From assembly GCF_009914755.1 (NCBI RefSeq), contig NC_060934.1: a stretch of 64,000 bases of DNA, one strand, 5' to 3'. A program made the translations under genes and the position numbers. This DNA comes from the human T2T-CHM13v2.0 reference genome, Homo sapiens. Under the pieces are notes generated by a model. That model was given only the letters and a program-made list of their open reading frames with translations. It was not told the DNA's origin and did not search any database. Positions 1-23,321 of the stretch are shown here, in pieces (position 1 is the stretch's first letter; the number at the start of each line of letters is the position of its first letter).

Positions 1-102
1 CATTTAGCAACCTAGCTAAATGTTAACAGAGTCATTCTGATTGCACCACCAGGCTTGTCTTTAATCTTCTTAATTTTATTCTTGTTTGAAAAGCAGATAC
101 AG

Positions 103-2133
<2,031 letters not shown>

Positions 2134-3227
2134 AAAAAAAAGGAATGTTTTTAAGCCATAAATACTTTATGAACAAGAAGAGCAAATTTATTTATACGTT
2201 TTAAAAACTATGTGCTATATGAAGACAAAATAGTAAGCTGATAAGAATTCATCCAGCTTTACCCACCCAAGGATATCACCAGTAATTCAATCAATCAGCA
2301 CGAAGTACAACTAAATGAACTCTGAAGAAGTACTGCAATGCATAACTATGTGTGTATGTGTGCACAGTACTTTAGCGGCAATTCAAAAGGGGGAAGTAGA
2401 AAAAAACAATTTGGATCTGGATTGTCAAAAATTTCTTTAAAGGATTTATAAAAATCCTTTAAAAAAGACAATTGGAATCAGAAGCAGGAGAAGAAAAGTC
2501 TTACAAAGAATCTTTGAGCTCTTTACAACTTCCTTTTAAGCATAATCATACAATCTCAAATGGTCTTAAACTATAAAAAACATAACACATGTTAAATATC
2601 CAGAGTATTGAATTATTTGAAGGAAGACTACAGAAACTCCTAAATTAAAACCAACAGCATCTGTACTATCAAGAATTAGAAATTGTAATATGCAATATGA
2701 AACACTGTAGAGAATCTAATCCACATCTAACGAGAAGAAATAAAGCTGCAAAGTCTTTCTTCTCTGCCCGAATCAACTGCATACAACAGGTAGTAATGAC
2801 TTTTAAAGACAGCTGCCATTTTTATGAAAAAATTGTCAATTCCTATCTTCATGAAGAACAATGCACACCACTACTGTGAGTAGAACTTCAAAAGCATAAT
2901 TGGTAGCCACGGTTTTATTAAAAGTAGGTAACTGTCACTTCAGAATATCACCAGGAAATAGCATAACTTGGTCATAAGTTCTAAAAAGTCCATGCAAAAA
3001 ACCATAAAATTCAGTAGTTGGCATTTTGTGAGAACATAACTTAGCCTATAATTCAACAATTAAAACTAAAAGATACTAGTATGAGAGCCATGACCAAAAT
3101 CAGCTAAAATAACAGTTCTCACAACTAAAAATACCATTAAATATTGATGACAAGTTGTATTAGAAAGATGATTATCAAATTTAGAAATAAAAAAACCGGA
3201 AGCTATAAATATCTTGAGACACCACCT

Positions 3228-3620
3228 GTGATTAGAGAATATCCATTCTCCCCTTCATTTTCCTTTAAAAACATTTAGCTGGACAAATGCTCACATAGAT
3301 TTCTCAACATCTTGATGCTTGCATGGGCATGTGACTAAGCTCTTGCCAATGAAGTGTGAAGAGAAGTGAGGTACACCTTCTGGGTCCTGGCTTCTAGGGA
3401 TGGTTCATTGCCTTCCCTTCTAGTTCCTTCTATCTTAATCAATAGTCTAGAAATGGTAGAATACCACCACACAAGGGAAACTTGGGTCCCCTACACTGCA
3501 GCAATTTGAAAATTGTCCAGAGATAAACAACCAGAGACTGGTAAGCCAGAGAAAAATAAGCTATCTATTAATAACTAATTTGGGATTTCTTTTACAACAT
3601 CTGAACCAGATCCTAAGAAG
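3228..3620 (+). mobile_element. MLT1 (ERVL-MaLR) LTR
   Basis: GGGCATGTGACTAAGCTCTTGCCAATGA..AGAAGTGA; ends TTGGGATTTCTTTTACAACA..GAACC..ATCCTAA. Confidence 0.55.
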
Positions 3621-3859
3621 CCACCTTTGAACAACAGTAAATTGAGATTAGAAACAAATAATAACAGGACATGCTGAAAGTATAAAATTTTGCCAATACT
3701 GGATGTGGGTAAACTATGCACATACAACGTTAAAAAGAAACAATTTAAAAGATATAAACAGTCAACATGTAAGAGAATGGAGGAAGACAGAAACTAAAGA
3801 AAAAAAATCTAAAACCAATCTTTAGAATTATAAAAATATATACTGGGGAAGATCTACAT

Positions 3860-5510
<1,651 letters not shown>

Positions 5511-5515
5511 CTTTA

Positions 5516-7521
<2,006 letters not shown>

Positions 7522-7569
7522 TAGTACAAAATGGAAAAACAAATGAAATTCCAAACTATAAACACCCTA

Positions 7570-7685
7570 ACACACACACAGGCACACACGCATGTGCGTG
7601 TGCTCACTCGTGCTCTCTCTCTCCCCTCCCCCGTCCCTCCCATCTCCCCCCACTCACCCCCCAACCCCTACCCCCCTCCTTCCCA
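7570..7685. repeat. (CA)n/(CT)n plus C-rich low-complexity tract
   Basis: CA, GT and CT dinucleotide runs followed by about nine C3-C6 runs. Confidence 0.8.
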
Positions 7686-8007
7686 TCTATAACTATCAAA
7701 TAGATGTCAGTGCTTTCCAGCTCCTGATAACCCCTGGCCACATTTTCTCACTTCAAGCCTCATTTCCTGGGAAATAAGAGTAAAATACTTTGAACTTTCA
7801 AACTTTAAAGGCACCTATACTAAAGAAAATACGATTAGGCAGGGCACGGTAGCTCACATCTGTAATCCCAGCACATTGGGAGGCCGAGGGAGGCAGATCG
7901 CTTGAGATCAGGAGTTCAAGACCAACATGGTAAAACCCCGTCTCTACTAAAAATACAAAAATTAGCCCTAGGACATGGTGGCACCCACCTGTAGTCCCAG
8001 CTACTCA

Positions 8008-8130
<123 letters not shown>

Positions 8131-9337
8131 TTAACAGTACTTTCATTACTTATTAAAATCCTTCCAGAATAAAGTATTAAAGGAAAAAAAAGCACAAGAA
8201 TTGGATCACAGAGAGAAAATAATTTACATTTTCCTAAGCCTTTTTGACTTATACAGATCAATGATTTTAATTACCTGGTTTAATATTTAAGTTAAATACT
8301 ACCTATATAAAAGGAAGCAATAATGCTTCTGGTTTGGAACAAACACACTGAGGAAATACTAAGACTGCTCAAAATTCCAGTAGGAAAAAACAATTCTGCC
8401 TTTTTAAGATACTCTTCTTATTCATTTTTGTATCCCTAGCACAGTGAAAGTCATGTAGTAAACACCAAACAAAAACAATGATGAAAAAAAGCCAACTAAA
8501 ACCGACTCCCTCTCTTCCATACCTAGGCCCAGCCAGAACCTGCTCAGCTTCAACAACTCTTTGGATCACCCACCCAGGAGCTGTAAGTGAATGGCAGCAG
8601 CTATTAACTTCCACACTTTTGCCAGTTTCCCTCATCACCAATCCAATTGCTACAGTCATTCTTTTTTTCAGGCTTCATATCAATTAATATATCAGGTTTC
8701 TAGTACTTGAGAATATAGTGGATCTCACAATACCACATGATGACTGGATCTCAAGATAGTCAGTGAGTCCCCATACATATAACAAAGGTAACACTGGGTA
8801 AAACTGTTCTGACAGAAAAATATGCTATTTCATGAGAGTGGGTTCTAACTGCTAAAGGAAGATACTGTGTGGAAGGAACATTTGTTCTTGGGTGAGATGT
8901 GGGAGTACTTGTCCTTTAAAGTCTCTTCAATTGTAAGATTTTGCTAGTAAGTTGACAACCCGTATAAACTCATTTTATAAAACAAAAAATGAAGTTTATC
9001 AAAGTATAAAGCTATATTCAACTTTAAAACTGCAGGTTTATGTAATTACAACATTCTAAAACAACTAAATATGTAACCATGATTTATACTGATAAATTTT
9101 AATTGCCCAGAAGCCCCCTATCCAGTGTCATATTGAAGGACAGATGGGAAGAAAAAATTAAGTCCAGAATGTTCCTTAAAGAGTTAGACAAAAGATAGTG
9201 CTAGAAGGGCCTAGCTTTAAACCACAGGGGAATGATGAAAGTAAAGGTATAGGCTGGGCATGATGGCTTATGCCTGTAATCCCACCACTTTGGGAGGCCG
9301 AGACCGGCAGATGGCTAGACTCAGGAGCCCGAGACTA

Positions 9338-9532
<195 letters not shown>

Positions 9533-10249
9533 TCAACAACAAAAAAAGAACGTAAAGGTATAAATATTGGAGAATTGAAACTGAGATTGACGTTATGGTT
9601 AGTTTCATCAATGACCCAGCAGCAGTCTTAACTGCAAAACAAGATGGCCAACATCCCAGGTAAAACACAACCAACCCCGCAAGCACTGAAAACCTGTACA
9701 GTCAGCCTGACTATACAGACAATGAATGCTTACAAGCAGGGATGACAGGCAGCAGCTGAATGAAAAGGTAGAAGTCAAACCACAAGCAGGGCAAGCAGAA
9801 GAAATAATCTAAGTATATCAGCACACATATGACAGCTACAAATAATGGCATGTAGGGAAGCTGTAGCCAGAAATCAGAAACTGGATGACATTTCATGAAC
9901 GAAAGTACCAAGAACTGCTCAATGATCAAAACCTTACCTAGAAACAATAGGTAGTTAAATCCAGGTATGTTTCAACCCTATTTATCAAATCCTATCTTTC
10001 TTTTTCTCACCAGCAAGTGACAACTTTTCTGAATCATCATTTCAACTATGTTCTTACTACAAGTTTTCTTCACCCTCATCTTCTTTCTGAGTCAGCCCTC
10101 AATCCTGATATTAACAACTCTATATTCCTGGGAGACACTAAAGGAAATTCTCACAGACACGTATGCTTAAGAGTTCATGCTTTCTGGGCCAGGTGTGGTG
10201 GCTCACGCCTGTAATCCCACCACTTTAGGAGGCCGAGGCGGGTGGATCA

Positions 10250-12060
<1,811 letters not shown>

Positions 12061-12104
12061 TCAAGTCACACACACATACATATACAGCAATGGGAGGAGG
12101 ATGC

Positions 12105-12302
12105 ATTTCACTCCCCAGGAAACATTTGGCAATGTCCAAAGACATTTTGGGTTGTAACAACAAGGCAAGAGGGGGGTGCTATTGACAACTAATGGAAAGA
12201 GGCCAGGGATGTTGCTGAATATCCTTCAGTGTACAGGGCCAGCCTCCAAACCAAGAATTATTCAGTCCAAAATATCAATAGTGCTCAGGCTGAAAAACTG
12301 TG
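12105..12302 (+). mobile_element. MER20 (hAT-Charlie)
   Basis: ACATTTGGCAATGTC..AGACATTTTGGGTTGT..AGAGGCCAGGGATGTTGCT..AAGAATTATTCAGTCCAAAATATCAATAGTGCT. Confidence 0.85.
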
Positions 12303-12504
12303 ATAGAACAGGAGGAAAACTCCTGCCACTACAAGTCACAGACTACCTCTTTACCACCTGGAAATGGGGCCACTGGAATTCTTAAATCTAATCAGATTAG
12401 AGAGCCAGAAAATCCAGATACTCTCACTGGCCTACCATTAAAATGAATAAAGGTTTTGCCTTGAAAAAAAAAAAAAAAAGGCTACTACGTTAAGACACAG
12501 CTTA

Positions 12505-12926
<422 letters not shown>

Positions 12927-13079
12927 TCAACAGTAAATAGGTTTGCTGCTGACTCAAGTTGCCATGACCTGATTTACTTTAGGCCAGATAGATTCCTTTG
13001 TAATCAGGTCAAGTACATGTACACTGCTGCCTTCTAAGCTATGTTACTAGCAAAGAAATTACTCCAACATTAAGTTCAT

Positions 13080-15340
<2,261 letters not shown>

Positions 15341-15371
15341 ACCATCAGGGCCATCCGGGCGCGGTGGCTCA

Positions 15372-15677
<306 letters not shown>

Positions 15678-16594
15678 TCAAAGGGGGGTACTGTTCAAAA
15701 CTAAGAGAGACATAACTAAATGATTATGGTTTGGGAAAAAAAATATGAAAAGACATTTTGAAGATGGGGAAAACTGAATACAGTGATTATCAGATTATAT
15801 CAAAGAATTACTAGGAATTGACTTAAGTGTTATATAACCACAGGTATGAGACCTTTTTCTTAAGAAATGCAGGCAACTTACTTTCAAATAAGACCATATA
15901 TATATTTAATAAAATAAACTTTCAAATAAGACTGTACATATACTTAATATAAGTATTATACAGTAAATATATATTATAGAGAGGGAGAAAGGAAAGGGAC
16001 TATGTACAATTATGGTTAAATGCTAACTGGAAAACAATCTAGGCAGAGGGATATGGGTACTCATCTTACTGCTCTTTCACATTTTCTGTATATTTCAAAT
16101 TTTCATTTATTTATTTATTTATTAAGAGACAGGGTCTCACTCTGTTGTCCAGGCTCCAGTGAAGTGATGTGATCATAGCTCACTGCAGCCTTGAACTCCT
16201 GGGTTCAAGTGATCTTCCTGTCTCAGCCTCCCAAGTAGCTTGGACTACAACCAAGCCACCATGCCCAACTACATTTTTTTTTTTTTTAAGAGATGGGGCC
16301 AGGCACATTGGCTCACGCCTGTAATCGCTGGACTTTGGGAGGCCAAAGCAGGTGGATCACCTGAGGCCAGGAGTTCGACACCAGCCTGGCCAACATGATG
16401 AGACCCTCCCTCTACTAAAAATACAAAAAATTAGCCAGGCATGGTGGCGCTTGCCTGTAGTCCCAGCTACCCAGGAGGCTAAGGCAGGAGAATCACTTGC
16501 ACCTGGGAGGCAGAGGCTCTAGTAAGCTGAGATTGCGCCACTGCACTCCAGCCTGGGCAACAGAGCAAGACTCTGCCTCAAAAAATATTTTATA

Positions 16595-17490
16595 AAGATG
16601 TTAACTGGCTTTTTTAATGCATTGACATTTGTATGGATGGTGCAAAAGCAATGGTGGGTAAAACTGCTGGTGCCTTAGCACAAATAAAGGTAGGACTTCT
16701 AACTGCTACATACTATGTAGCAGTCAAAAAGTAAAATGCCAGTTTCACTTAAAGCCCTTAATGAAGGAATAAAAATAGTTAATTTTATTAAATCTCTATC
16801 CCTGAATACACTAATAATCTCTGTGACAAAACAAGTATGCATAAAACACTTCTGCTGCATGCAAAGTACAGTGGTTGTATGGAGAAAAAACCACCACTGT
16901 TTAAGTTGCAAGCCAAACTAGCTACTTTTTTCTCAAACATCATCTTTACTGGAAAGATCGACAAACTATGCTGATTCAAACGTGGGAATGTGGCAGGCAT
17001 TTTCTCGAAAACAAAGAGTAAATCTGTTACCATCAGTTGTTTTCCTTGAAGTATTTGCTTCCAATAAAAAAAAATTGAACTTTTAAGCAAAAACAAATTT
17101 TAGAGAACTTGTATCTACCACTGTGAACTTGATAGGTTCCCAGTACTTACAAACTTTTCTGAGTTTGGCAGTGGTATTAATATGGTTTTTCGATACTGTA
17201 TAATGAAATGTGTCATCATTTGAAAGATTTGCATAATTCATCGTAACCAGTATTTTGCAAGTGACCAGTGTATGATGTTACAAAGCATGTATGGGTAAAT
17301 GCCCATTCAAAATGCAAGATAAAGCAGCAGATTTTAATGCAATGTATGAAAGGTTACTGGCACGGTTTCACATTCCAAGTTGCAACTAATCATCAAGAAA
17401 CTCCCATTTCTTGAGTTTTGGGGTAGTACTGTAGAAGAATATCCAAAATTACCTGAAAAGCTTATTAAAACACAACTACGTATCACTGTG
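16595..17490 (+). mobile_element. Charlie1 (hAT) transposase remnant
   Basis: Decayed hAT coding sequence, e.g. CIDICMDGAKAMVGKTAGALAQIK near 16618-16690, with many frameshifts. Confidence 0.75.
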
Positions 17491-18064
17491 AAGTCATACA
17501 GTTTTCTAGAAATTCAAAGTCTCACCTAAGCACCTGGGAGTGCAAAACTATAGGACAATTACATTGAAAAGATCCCCAGTGGGCTCTTCAGGTAAAATAG
17601 GAAAAATAAGGCCATAAAAATTGAACACACTCATTCTTTAGTTATTTAAAAGCAATTCAATCTACAAGAATAAAAGGTACTGGCAACCTCTAATTTTAAC
17701 TTTAAATAACAAAACACTATAACAAGCTATTTAAGGAATTTTTTACAAAAAAGGCGAAGTCAAATTATTCTCAATACCCATGCTGGACCATATTACATTT
17801 TGGGAGGCCAAGGCAGGCAGATAGCCTGAGCCTAGGAGTTCAAGACCAGCATGGGCAACAAACTGAAACCACGTCTCTACAAAAAATACAAAAATTAGCC
17901 AGGTATCATAATGCACGCCTGTAGTCCCAGCTATTTAGGAGTCTGAGGTGGGAGATCACCTGAGCCCGAGGACGTCAAGGCTGCACTGAGCTGGGATCAC
18001 ACCACTGCATTCCAGCCTGGGTGAGAGTGAGACCATCTCAAAAAAAAAAGAGGAGGAGGAATAA

Positions 18065-19625
<1,561 letters not shown>

Positions 19626-19778
19626 TTAAAAAATGGTTATATCTGAAAAAACGACTTACACATATCCTTTGAAAGACAGTTGCTATGATGTTTATTAGTA
19701 ACTTTCAAATAAAAAATTAAGAGTTGAGCCCTCCAATAACAAATAAATAATAAAAATCACTGATAGTGCTTTACTTAC

Positions 19779-19897
19779 CCGTTTGGGGCCACTAAAAATC
19801 TTTCTGGTATTTTCCTTTGATTTATCTCCTTGTTTATTTATGGGCTTCTTCACACTTTCAGGCACACCAGGCAAGTCCTCTGTAAAATCCAAGTTTT
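19779..19897 (-). CDS. WAPL: WAPL exon 4 (119 nt; ends at codon 548)
   Basis: Acceptor accatttcag|AAAAC; reads [40 protein letters not shown]; donor CGG|gtaagt. Cumulative CDS 499+1026+119=1644 nt, phase 0. Confidence 0.95.
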
Positions 19898-21946
19898 CTG
19901 AAATGGTAATCAAAACTATCTAGCTTACTAATATTTCAAATTACCTACCAGACAACCTATCAAGATTATATATACATGAATGAATGAAAATGGGAAGAAA
20001 AGAATAAAGGAAATCACAGCACCACAGAGCTGACAAAATACTCCCTAGAATAAGAAGTTTCATTCTGCCATTCTCCCTTCCTGCTTGTCCCTCCCGCAAG
20101 AGAAATCATAAACCTGGTTGCTGTGTATGTGTTCTAGTCTTATTTTATGTCAAATGGAAAAATCAAATCTTTTCCAAAATAATTTTCTTACTTCCGAGAG
20201 GTCACATAACTGCTGGATATCTATGGATACTGACACTGGAATGGTAAGGTTTATACACACACAAAACATCATGCGTATCTACCTGTAACATTTTTCAGAA
20301 CTTTAAATCCACTAAATCATGTTGGCCTTCAAAGAATGCCTGCTGGCAACTACAAAAGCCACATTTAAAACACCAGAAAAGGAGGACAGTTATCCTTGGC
20401 AAGAGATTTAAAATGACCTAATGTAACAAAGTTTAATGATTTGTCGGTCTTCAAACACAACTAACCAAAGAGTCAGTTTATTTCCCAACTGGTTAAAAAT
20501 ATGTATCTTTTTCTAAGCGAAACAAAATAGGAAACATAGAAAGACTCTTCTCTATCCCAATGCTTAAAATTTTTTGCTGTTTCACTTATGGTATGAAGAC
20601 TCAAATCTCAACTTTGGGTAGATCAACCAAATGGCCTCTAATTTTCAAATGTTATTTAGCATCTACTTCAAGTTTCTCAAAGGGAGTCTAATTTCACATT
20701 TTACATCTTTAAAAGTTGTATTACACAAGATGTAAATTTCAGCCACAGATTCTCAATTGCAGGGGATAACTTGCTATCCAGGTTAGAATAAAAGCTTATA
20801 AGTAAACTACAGCAGGACAAGGGCGCTGGTATTGTATAGCAGTATTTATCATTCTACTGAGGAAACAAATGCCTAGCTGTTCTGCCTAGCCAGATCTTAA
20901 GTGACTATAGTAAGGCTGCTGCAAATTTCCAGTCTCCAGAAAAGATTCAAAGACAACACTGGATGTATTTCTTTTTTCTTTTTTTTCGGGGGAGGCAGGG
21001 GTGAGCCCCTAGGGGTACTCCTGTGTATGTCTAGTTTTGAAGAATAAATTAAGCAAAACTATTTTCAGGCCAAATAAAGCAAAATGGTAGGTAATCTCAA
21101 GAATGACTTATATTCTACAAGAGAATTTGTATTTCAAAATACTACTGTAATTCTAATTTACCATAATGACACTTCTGTGGCCCTACCAGGAAAAAAGCTT
21201 TATTTAATATGTAAACCAATCCAGAAAAACTATATTTGGTTAAGAAACCATGTATCCTAGAAGCTTTCACAAATTCTTCCTCACTAGATAGTCAATCCAC
21301 TTCACAAAGCCCTTGTCAGGTAATGACTTAATTATGGCAGAGCTAACCTATTTCTTTTGTTTGTCTCTCACAGTGGAGACTGAACTCCTTGAGGACCCTT
21401 AGTCACTACTGAGTCTACAATCTCGGCACAAATTAAATTTCCACAGTTAAGAGGGAATGCATACTTACCTGGCACTTTTCAATTTTATTAAACCAACTTA
21501 GGAGGGTTTGAGAGTGTTTTGAATGTTTATTAGTTTTTAGCCAACCACAAAGAGTTTTTAAATTCTAATCTTCTGGTATTTCCCTCATTATAACCACCTG
21601 TTATCAGTACAGTTCCAAAGGCCCAAAATCTAATCTATGTTTTCACTGCATTTGCATTTGTCAAGTGGAAACATCACGATGTTTGGTGTCCCTGCCCCAT
21701 ACACATATATGCTTTAAAATTCTCAAGTGCTAAAGGTTAAATTAAAACTCAAATATGAAGACTCTCCAATCTACAAATTGGTTCCTTACAACTTGGGACC
21801 TGATCATTAACACTTGAAATGCTGTACCTTTAGATAAGGTGATTTACGGTTCTAACAGGTACTTTTAATAAATATAACAAGCTAAACTTGAGTATCTAGG
21901 AAGAAACTATGCAGCTGTTGATTCAAGCCTGAAAAACACATTTAAA

Positions 21947-22266
21947 GTAGCCCCCCCAGCCATCAACAGGGAATACATGCCAGTTCCTAGTGGATGCCTG
22001 AAACCAGGAATAGTACACCAAAACCTGTATATACTATGTTTTTTCGTATACATACCTATGATAAAGTTTAATTTATAAATCAAGCACAGTAAGAGATTAG
22101 CAATGACTAAGAATAGAACAATGATTTTAACAATACGCTATAATAAATGTTATGTGAATGGGATCTTTATCTTATTATACTGTACTCACCTCTTTTCAGA
22201 ATATGGTTGACCTTGGGTAATTGAAACCACAGAAAGTGAAACTGCAGGTAAGGGGGAACTATTGTA
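21947..22266 (-). mobile_element. MER44-family (Tigger7-derived) non-autonomous DNA transposon
   Basis: Minus strand begins CAATAGTTCCCCCTTACCTGCAGTTTCACTTTCTGTGGTTTCAATTACCCAAGGTCAACC; the opposite end AGTAGCCCCCCC is TIR-like. Lies 30 nt from the exon 3 donor. Confidence 0.75.
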
Positions 22267-22295
22267 CTTATTATACATATTTTTTAAATTCTTAC

Positions 22296-23321
22296 CTGCA
22301 TTGTTAGTACCAGACTGACTGTCCTGGGAATTATCATTGCTTTCTGGGGGAGGCTGCAAGGAGGGTGATGGAGCTGTTTTAGTTCTTTTTTTGCTTGTCT
22401 TTCTTTCTACTTGACAGTCATCATCTTCATCATCTTCGCTTTCACTGAGATCATCAAAGCCAAAATACTTAATTTTGTAATTAGAACTTCCAGAACCTCC
22501 TTCATCACCTCCTGTCTCATGATCTTCAAAACCAAAAAATTCAAGTTTAACATCCTTTTTGGATTTAGTATTACTAGGTCGAAATCTAGTAGTAGTCTTA
22601 GAAGTTGCAATATCTGCCTTTTTTCTGAGACGACCAGCTTCTCCCAAATCTGCAGGAGTGGATGCAGTGAACTCATCCATGCTGCGTTCCATAGTATCCT
22701 GTATGGTAACATTACAAACTGACAAGCAAGATGGATGTAAAACAGTGTAATCTCTAGTCCGTCCAACTGTCCCTCTAAAACTGGTCCCACAACTTACACC
22801 CCCTTTCTTTGCCTGATTCAGGCCATCTTTACTCGATTCACTGTTTGCTTTGGCTAAGGCCTGACTGGTGCCGTCCATCAGCTTATCAAAATTTGATGCT
22901 CCTTGGGAGGATTTCGTTTTATTGGCCCTACAGTACGTCCTACAGTTGGTTGGCCTAAGAACACTTTGTACAATATCTTCCTCAATGGCTTCATTCAGAT
23001 TTTCCAATCGATTTTTAAAATCGTCATCCTTCATCTCCAAAAGGGGATCACTATCCAAACTTAAAATACAGTCTTCTGATCTGATATCTTCAAAATCATT
23101 ATCCCATTCAAACAAACCAGTTCTAACAGATCCCTTGATTGGAGATATTTCTGATGGTGATTCTGGCCTTTTCCCAAACTGGGAGTTCCAAGTATCATTT
23201 GTTTCCTTGATTTCAGAAGCCACTGTAGTTTCTGCATTGGGTTTCTTAGTACTGTCATCAGCATTTTTGTGAATATGGTGACTATTCTTTTCATGTTCTT
23301 CATGAAAATTCTCCACTTTAT
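22296..23321 (-). CDS. WAPL: WAPL exon 3 (1026 nt, phase 1/1)
   Basis: Acceptor tatttttacag|ATAAAG joins exon 2 to give ...[12 protein letters not shown]. Contains FGF motifs 2 and 3 ([16 protein letters not shown]). Donor GCAG|gtaaga at 22296. Confidence 0.97.

Noticed and set aside
16595-17490. Domesticated hAT transposase gene
   Set aside because: Multiple stops and frameshifts; only short motif remnants survive.
22186-23316. 376-aa ORF as a standalone gene
   Set aside because: It is WAPL exon 3 read from an internal GTG and running 110 nt into intron 3/MER44. True exon bounds are 23321-22296.
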